DNA from: Octopus sinensis
Lineage: Eukaryota
NCBI RefSeq assembly: GCF_006345805.1
Contig: NW_021829941.1
Coordinates: 1 to 35,323 of the forward strand
Reading direction: 5' to 3'
DNA length: 35,323 nucleotides
A program made the position numbers and the translations under genes. This document shows, one piece after another, positions 34,965 to 35,323 of this stretch. Positions within the stretch are counted from its first letter, which is position 1. Each line of letters starts with the position of its first letter. A model generated the notes under the pieces. It did no database searches, was not told the DNA's origin, and saw only the letters and a program-made list of their open reading frames with translations.

Positions 34965-35103
34965 TAAGGCTGCACAATCTTCACAAAATGTTACTCAGAG
35001 TTTCATGTTAGCGTTCGTCGGACAGTTGATCACAACCACAACTGTCCGACGAACGGGAACGTGAAACTCTGAGTAATACTTTGTGAAGATTCTGCAGCTT
35101 TTA
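34965..35103. mobile_element. Small palindrome made of two inverted hammerhead-like units
   Basis: ...gagtttcatgttagcgttcgtcggacagttg [atcacaacca] caactgtccgacgaacgggaacgtgaaactc... Confidence 0.75.
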
Positions 35104-35323
35104 TAAAAGCATATTACCCGAACTTTGGTATTAGAGTTATATTTTTCTACGTTGTTTTGCATTTATATACTTACACGGTACACACACACACACCTATATG
35201 CATGCATACATACACACACATACATACATGCATTATATATATTATATGCAGAAAAAAATACCGCAAAGCATTTTGCCCGGCGTGCTAACGATTCTGCTAG
35301 CTGACCGCTTTAAGTAGCTTGCT

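Overview
AT-rich eukaryotic DNA made almost entirely of repeats, with no confidently identifiable host gene. The tRNA-headed SINE families and microsatellite density point to an octopus genome; this is an inference from remembered repeat families, not a database result. The window contains decayed LINEs (two RTE 3' ends, a Tx1/L1 ORF2, a long R4/Dong-type copy, a Penelope-like ORF start) and Tc1/mariner relics, including a DD37D maT. It also holds MITEs and long palindromes, Helitron-like short elements, many SINEs (labelled A, B, C here) and large (TATG)n, (TTAG)n and (AAT)n arrays. Four observations stand out. (1) An R4/Dong-like LINE has a (TACA)n tract inside its 3' UTR, and two short copies of its 3' end start at almost the same point, each preceded by (TACA)n. 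(2) Several families of minimal Penelope-type hammerhead-ribozyme motifs occur, one near-canonical and two with recurrent core substitutions, some in inverted pairs. (3) A duplication/inverted-triplication rearrangement with a 3-bp microhomology junction spans 24673-26090. (4) Two weak, phase-compatible candidate exons lie on the minus strand near 32 kb. All alignments were done by eye; many boundaries are approximate.
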